Below are positions 59,423 through 64,000 of a stretch of DNA of 64,000 bases, piece after piece (positions within the stretch are counted from its first letter, which is position 1; each line of letters begins with the position of its first letter). The stretch comes from an uncultured Intestinimonas sp. (lineage in GTDB: Bacteria; Bacillota; Clostridia; Oscillospirales; Oscillospiraceae), in NCBI RefSeq assembly GCF_944387725.1, contig NZ_CALXGA010000002.1, positions 2,602 through 66,601 of the forward strand, read 5' to 3'. The notes below the pieces were generated by a model. That model searched no databases. It was given only the letters and a program-made list of their open reading frames with translations, and was not told where the DNA came from. The translations under genes and the position numbers were made by a program.

Positions 59423-60403
59423 TCATTGAAATTTGGACTTGAGCTGCTGTACATAGGGATCCAAATAGTCCCCATCTTGCAGCCCAAACGCAGGCACACT
59501 GCACTGTCCACAGACCGGAATCCCCTGGACGCCGTCCAGTTGCTGTTTCAGGAACTCTTTCCGCGTACCGCTGTTCCAAATGTCCAGCAGAGAAGCATCC
59601 TGCACACTCCCCCAAAAACATGGCACATCGGTGGAACAGCAGGGGCAGACTTGTCCGTCTGGATATACAACAAGCATATAAAAGGGCATAGCACAGATGG
59701 TGGAATGCCGAAGATTCCCCTGCTTGCATCGCCCGGACAGCGAATTTAAATTGGAATAATCAATTTCTTTCACAAATGGGATCGCGTACTCAATCGCGGT
59801 AATATCCGCGATGGGAGAGAAAATCCGCCGGAATTTCTTCTCCCCATCCTCGCCGTCCAGTGCACAGTCGATAATTTTGATGCAGACCTCAGTATCCCGT
59901 TTATGGTGGTAAAAATAGCCTAGATTCTCCACTAGCTTTTCAAAATCCACCGTCACACCACAGGTTTTTTCATATTGGCCGGCATCAGTGCCCTGGATGG
60001 AGACGCGAAGCCGCTTGAGCCCGGCTGCAATGAGGGCGTCAGAGAGTTCCGGTGTCAGCAACGAGCCGTTTGTCACAATCTCTGTTCGCTCTGCGGCATT
60101 TTTTTGCTCGGCATAGGCCACCATATCGGCAATTCTCGGATGGATCAGCGGTTCCCCGTGGCCAGCAAAAATGAGAGCCTTCAATTTGTGCACGAATTGC
60201 AGAGCGTCATCGATTGCCTTTTGGTACACAGAAAAGTCCATCATTTGGCGATGGAACTGCTTTTCCGCCAGGGCTTCCTCTGATAAACTGTACAGGCAGT
60301 AATTACACCGAAAGTTGCAATAAAACGCTGGGAATATATGCAGGGAAAAGGGCCCGCTCAGGGGGATTTGCTCACCTAACTCTAGTCGCTTATTATAAAT
60401 CAT
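59423..60403 (-). CDS. Radical SAM protein with SPASM/Twitch domain
   Basis: CNFRCNYC, GEPLIH, C-terminal CAMPF...CPCC...CGQC. Confidence 0.9.
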   Translation of the reverse strand: MIYNKRLELGEQIPLSGPFSLHIFPAFYCNFRCNYCLYSLSEEALAEKQFHRQMMDFSVYQKAIDDALQFVHKLKALIFAGHGEPLIHPRIADMVAYAEQKNAAERTEIVTNGSLLTPELSDALIAAGLKRLRVSIQGTDAGQYEKTCGVTVDFEKLVENLGYFYHHKRDTEVCIKIIDCALDGEDGEKKFRRIFSPIADITAIEYAIPFVKEIDYSNLNSLSGRCKQGNLRHSTICAMPFYMLVVYPDGQVCPCCSTDVPCFWGSVQDASLLDIWNSGTRKEFLKQQLDGVQGIPVCGQCSVPAFGLQDGDYLDPYVQQLKSKFQ

Positions 60404-61536
60404 GTGCCTTTCCTCCCTGAACTGTCGGCTGTGGCATATAAGACGGTTTCCATTGTGCATGCGTTATAGCATCTCAGATAAAACGTATATCCTAAGTCCC
60501 AACCATGCAAAAGCAAAGGGATGTCCCATAAATGGTTTATATGATGGTAGACACAGACTGCCAAGTCGGGGGTGTACTGAGTAATCATCTCCTTGGCCGC
60601 CATAAGCGCCCGCAATTCCGTCCCCTCTATGTCCATTTTAATCAGATCAACGGAGTGGTTTTTCAGCGCATCGTCCAGAGCAATGCAAGTGACCACCTCC
60701 CCCCCGGTCTGAGTAATCCGGCCAGACCCAGTCCCAGTCTGGAAGGATACCGGTCCGGTAAATCCTCCAACACCGCATGGAAAGAGGGTGATTGCCCCCA
60801 GTTTTTCCCTGTTTTCCCGGCAAAAGCTGGCGAGACGCGCGAAATTACTCTGATTTGGCTCAAATCCAGTATACTGGGCCAGCGGCCCTTCCAGCTGTAA
60901 AAACTGCTGGGCCGTATCTCCAATATAGGCGCCGCAATCTATCACATGGGTATGTCTCTTCCAGGGAATATCCTCCGGAAAGTACTGCCTTCCCAAGGGA
61001 TCTTCCAGTGTGCAGCCTGAATAGTCTCTGGCCATATGAGCCTCTAAATTATTCCAGAATATCTGTCTGCTCTTCGGCTCATGGAATCGTGTGGCTGCGC
61101 TTTGAATTCTACGCCAGCGGACAGCGTAATATTCCTGCAAAGACTCGTTTGTTGACCGGTCATCCGGCTCCACCATCAGGCAGCGCAGGGACTGCGCCTC
61201 TCTGATATGCTGGAAACCTGTTTTATGAATGACTTCCATAGCATGAACCCGTTCGGTACAGTCCATCACAATGGAAAACAGCACCAGCGGCGTAATATCT
61301 TTGATAGCTTGCGGCACATTTTGCAGATTCCAAACAGGTAGGCCAAATAATGCCGCTCCATCTTCCGCGTTGGCGTCCAAAAAGCCCATGACCGGATGTC
61401 CTTCCTGACTGAGCAGCGTGAAAAGTTCCTGCCCAAAGGCGCCGGCGCCATAGATCAGAAGCCGATCCGGAAGCTGTTGTATGGCCTGGGAAATGGTTTG
61501 GGATGAAATACGGTCTTTCATCTGTTCCCAATTCAT
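60400..61536 (-). CDS. FkbM-family methyltransferase
   Basis: IYGAG, IDCGAYIGD, GFEPN, IKMDIEG. Confidence 0.88.
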   Translation of the reverse strand: MNWEQMKDRISSQTISQAIQQLPDRLLIYGAGAFGQELFTLLSQEGHPVMGFLDANAEDGAALFGLPVWNLQNVPQAIKDITPLVLFSIVMDCTERVHAMEVIHKTGFQHIREAQSLRCLMVEPDDRSTNESLQEYYAVRWRRIQSAATRFHEPKSRQIFWNNLEAHMARDYSGCTLEDPLGRQYFPEDIPWKRHTHVIDCGAYIGDTAQQFLQLEGPLAQYTGFEPNQSNFARLASFCRENREKLGAITLFPCGVGGFTGPVSFQTGTGSGRITQTGGEVVTCIALDDALKNHSVDLIKMDIEGTELRALMAAKEMITQYTPDLAVCVYHHINHLWDIPLLLHGWDLGYTFYLRCYNACTMETVLYATADSSGRKGT

Positions 61537-61539
61537 CGG

Positions 61540-62856
61540 TTATCCCTCATTGTTCATTCTGTTAATGACTGCGTTCCATTGGGAGAGGACGGGATCATTC
61601 GGAAAGGTCCGGCTGAAATGGGGAACCGAACCTTTGCTGGGCTCCCGAAAGACGGGCATTTCATTCATAAGCTTTTGAAAGGGCTCCCAGTGGCCGTCTT
61701 TGGCTTTCATAAATGCCAGCGCCATATCCGGGCGGACGGAATTCAAAAACCACTGCCATGGTTCGCAGTTTGCATAATTTGGCCAAATCAGACGTTTTTT
61801 TGCCTGATCTGCGGCACAATATATGCCGTTCAAAAAATTTTTTATATTGTCACCAATATTGCGCCGACTGATAACAGACTTTCGGGCCTCCCACCCTAAA
61901 TGGAAGCGCAAATCTGGATCTTCCGCTAACATACACACCCATTCCGCGAAATCTTTAGTATTTTCTGCAAGGATTCCATTCTCCTGATGTGTCACGATTG
62001 TCCGTTCAGTAGACTGGTTCAACAATACCACAGGCAGTTCCATGGCCATGGCCTCTAAAATAGAATTTTCTGTGGTTGCGAAATGGGTCTTATTGAGAGG
62101 ATACATAAAAATATCCAAGGAATTCAGCAGTTCAGGCACATCCTCCACATATCCAGTAAATATAAATGCGTCAAAAATGCCCATCGCCCTGGCTGAATCG
62201 GCAATCCATTGATACTCCCTTGGATCACCTGCCAAAACAAACTGGATGTGTGGACATGCCCCCAGAATCCACGCACAAATGCGTACAAATTGCGGATGAA
62301 TTTTGCTCTTGACGAAGCTGCCCACATAACCTACACGAATGGGCGCGGCAGGGTCCCTTTTCTTTCGGACTGGTATAAACTTGGAGAGATCCCCCAACCC
62401 GAACACCACATCTGTTTTTTCTAAAAGCAGTTTCTGCCGCTGCTCCGTTGTCCACTCTTCTACATCAGAACTGCACGGCGAGGTGAGAAATACCCGGCTG
62501 GCTGGTTCCAGCAGCAATGGTGAGAGCCAAGGGTAGTACAGGCCATTGACATGGTTCCAAAGGATACATCTCGTTGGGATTGGAGGAAAATGTGCCAGCA
62601 GTTCCGCCATCGCTGGATGTCCCCACCAGTGCAGAATACACACATCAGCCTCGCCCACTGCTTGTGCAAGCTGGTCTGGACCCGGCTGGCAGATCACCTG
62701 TGTGCCTCCCTCCATACACTGCCGGACGAAGTGATCGCGTTCTGGACGCTGGAGACAAAGAACTCTGTGTCGGTTTTCGGTCTCATTCACCACCAAACCA
62801 CTGATGGTACGGCCAATCCCCCCGCCCATGTGCGCTGTAATATGTAGGAGTTTCAT
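61540..62856 (-). CDS. Glycosyltransferase family 4
   Basis: HMGGGIG, FTGYVED, ENSILEAMA. Confidence 0.85.
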   Translation of the reverse strand: MKLLHITAHMGGGIGRTISGLVVNETENRHRVLCLQRPERDHFVRQCMEGGTQVICQPGPDQLAQAVGEADVCILHWWGHPAMAELLAHFPPIPTRCILWNHVNGLYYPWLSPLLLEPASRVFLTSPCSSDVEEWTTEQRQKLLLEKTDVVFGLGDLSKFIPVRKKRDPAAPIRVGYVGSFVKSKIHPQFVRICAWILGACPHIQFVLAGDPREYQWIADSARAMGIFDAFIFTGYVEDVPELLNSLDIFMYPLNKTHFATTENSILEAMAMELPVVLLNQSTERTIVTHQENGILAENTKDFAEWVCMLAEDPDLRFHLGWEARKSVISRRNIGDNIKNFLNGIYCAADQAKKRLIWPNYANCEPWQWFLNSVRPDMALAFMKAKDGHWEPFQKLMNEMPVFREPSKGSVPHFSRTFPNDPVLSQWNAVINRMNNEG

Positions 62857-62872
62857 ATAACTTCCTCTATAC

Positions 62873-64000
62873 TTAATTCCCGGTTTTCTGGACACCCATG
62901 ACATAGGTATCCACTAAAAGCAATGGCAGGGCATTCCGGTCAGGCAGCGTGGAAAGGAGATATTCCTGCGAGGCCCCGTCTATATTGTGCATACGAGACT
63001 TAGTAAACAGGATTTTTCCAAAGGTATATACTGTCTTCTGCAAGATGTCGATTGGAATGTTGTACGCAAACTGGGGATTATAGTACCTATGATCGCCCCG
63101 GCAAAATAGATATTCCCGGAAACTGAATGTATTGAGCAGAGTGAACAACAGAATGCCATCCGGTTTCAGCAGACGGACAGCTTCATCCAAAATAAACTGT
63201 GGTTCATGGAAGCGGTTCAGCGGCTTATCCACCACCACATAGTCAAAATATCCCGTCGGATACTGCCGGCCAAAAAACTCTTCCCGGTCACAAGCCACAA
63301 CCCCGTCGCAGACGGTGTTTAGATCCGCCTGATATTTCGATTCCTCTGTAAAGGCAGACAGTTCCGTATTGCGAAACCCCATGGACCGCAGGCGATTTTT
63401 TACATCTAAGATTGGAGTGCCACAGCGGGTGTCTACCCCTAAAATCCGCTTCTGGCCATCTCCTCCAGTTGGGGGGAGATCATCCAGGACGTCGATCCAA
63501 AAGTTATTTACATCGTCCCAGGCGTCCACCCCTTGGTATTTCTCCATAAAATTGTTCCGCCCAATGGACAGTGACTGGCGAAACTGCTCTGGATCTTTGC
63601 CCTCCCCATGGCTGAGATCATGATTGTGATGTATCCAAGTGTCGCCGGCCAGCATAGCCTTGTACCCGGCCCGCCGAACACGGAAAGCGATATCATCATC
63701 TGCAAAGTCGTGGAAGAATCCCACATCGGCCAGCGGCAATCCAACAGCCATCAAGCACTCCATACGGTAAACAGTCGCTGGTGTTACTAGTCGAAGACGC
63801 TCCTGCCATTTCGAGGTGTCTGGACGATTAAAGACCGCCGCCTGCTGCTGCATCTCTTCCAAATTCGAAAAGGGCAGATTTATCTGCTGAAAGTTACTGA
63901 CATTGGAAGATACCGGGCACACCATACCAATTCGTTTGTCCTCTTCCATACCGCGGATAAGGTTGGAGAGCCATCCAGAAGTTACAATAATATCGTTTCC
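62873..64000 (-). CDS. Glycosyltransferase family 2 with a C-terminal methyltransferase-like domain (5' end outside the window)
   Basis: NDIIVTSGWL, DDDIAFRVRRAGY, IHH; C-terminal FDYVVV...LKPDG. Confidence 0.8.
   Translation of the reverse strand, partial: GNDIIVTSGWLSNLIRGMEEDKRIGMVCPVSSNVSNFQQINLPFSNLEEMQQQAAVFNRPDTSKWQERLRLVTPATVYRMECLMAVGLPLADVGFFHDFADDDIAFRVRRAGYKAMLAGDTWIHHNHDLSHGEGKDPEQFRQSLSIGRNNFMEKYQGVDAWDDVNNFWIDVLDDLPPTGGDGQKRILGVDTRCGTPILDVKNRLRSMGFRNTELSAFTEESKYQADLNTVCDGVVACDREEFFGRQYPTGYFDYVVVDKPLNRFHEPQFILDEAVRLLKPDGILLFTLLNTFSFREYLFCRGDHRYYNPQFAYNIPIDILQKTVYTFGKILFTKSRMHNIDGASQEYLLSTLPDRNALPLLLVDTYVMGVQKTGN

Larger units (their letters stand above)
45790..64000. mobile_element. 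Serine-recombinase integrative element in cotJC (IME-derived); right end outside the window
   Basis: Break in cotJC, adjacent recombinase, relaxase/mobC, IS remnants, lower-GC cargo. Extent beyond ~50 kb is inferred because no cotJC 3' half was seen. Confidence 0.8.

Noticed and set aside
1-64000. CRISPR array, rRNA, tRNA or prophage structural genes
   Set aside because: No regularly spaced repeats, cas genes, RNA gene signatures or phage genes were seen.

Overview
GC-rich Firmicute chromosome, probably an Oscillospiraceae-like spore former (inferred from gene content and composition). Bases 1-45.6 kb are mostly core genes: sod, mini-RNase III, rqcH, a two-component/ABC module, dinB, FMN riboswitch-ribU, ftsK, T-box-aspS-gatCAB, dgt-dnaG-rpoD, purB, two PFKs, fba, a Xer-type recombinase, radA, cwlD and cotJ. 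At about 45,790 the spore-coat gene cotJC breaks off at its metal-binding motif. It is followed by an integrated element of more than 18 kb that runs off the window. The element has an intact large serine recombinase whose last ~14 codons are read from the antisense strand of cotJC, and a small coupled ORF preceded by a mother-cell-type -10 box. It also has a decayed relaxase beside mobC and a possible oriT, nested IS remnants, and a lower-GC glycan-modification cluster. The leading hypothesis is a skin-like element that excises during sporulation to rebuild cotJC. Second highlight: a perfect AT-rich 34-bp palindrome just upstream of a 364-aa Xer gene, a candidate dif site for a single-recombinase system. 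Also seen: four copies of a ~165-bp MITE, two tandem sRNA candidates and two LexA boxes. All calls are from reading the sequence; no searches were run.
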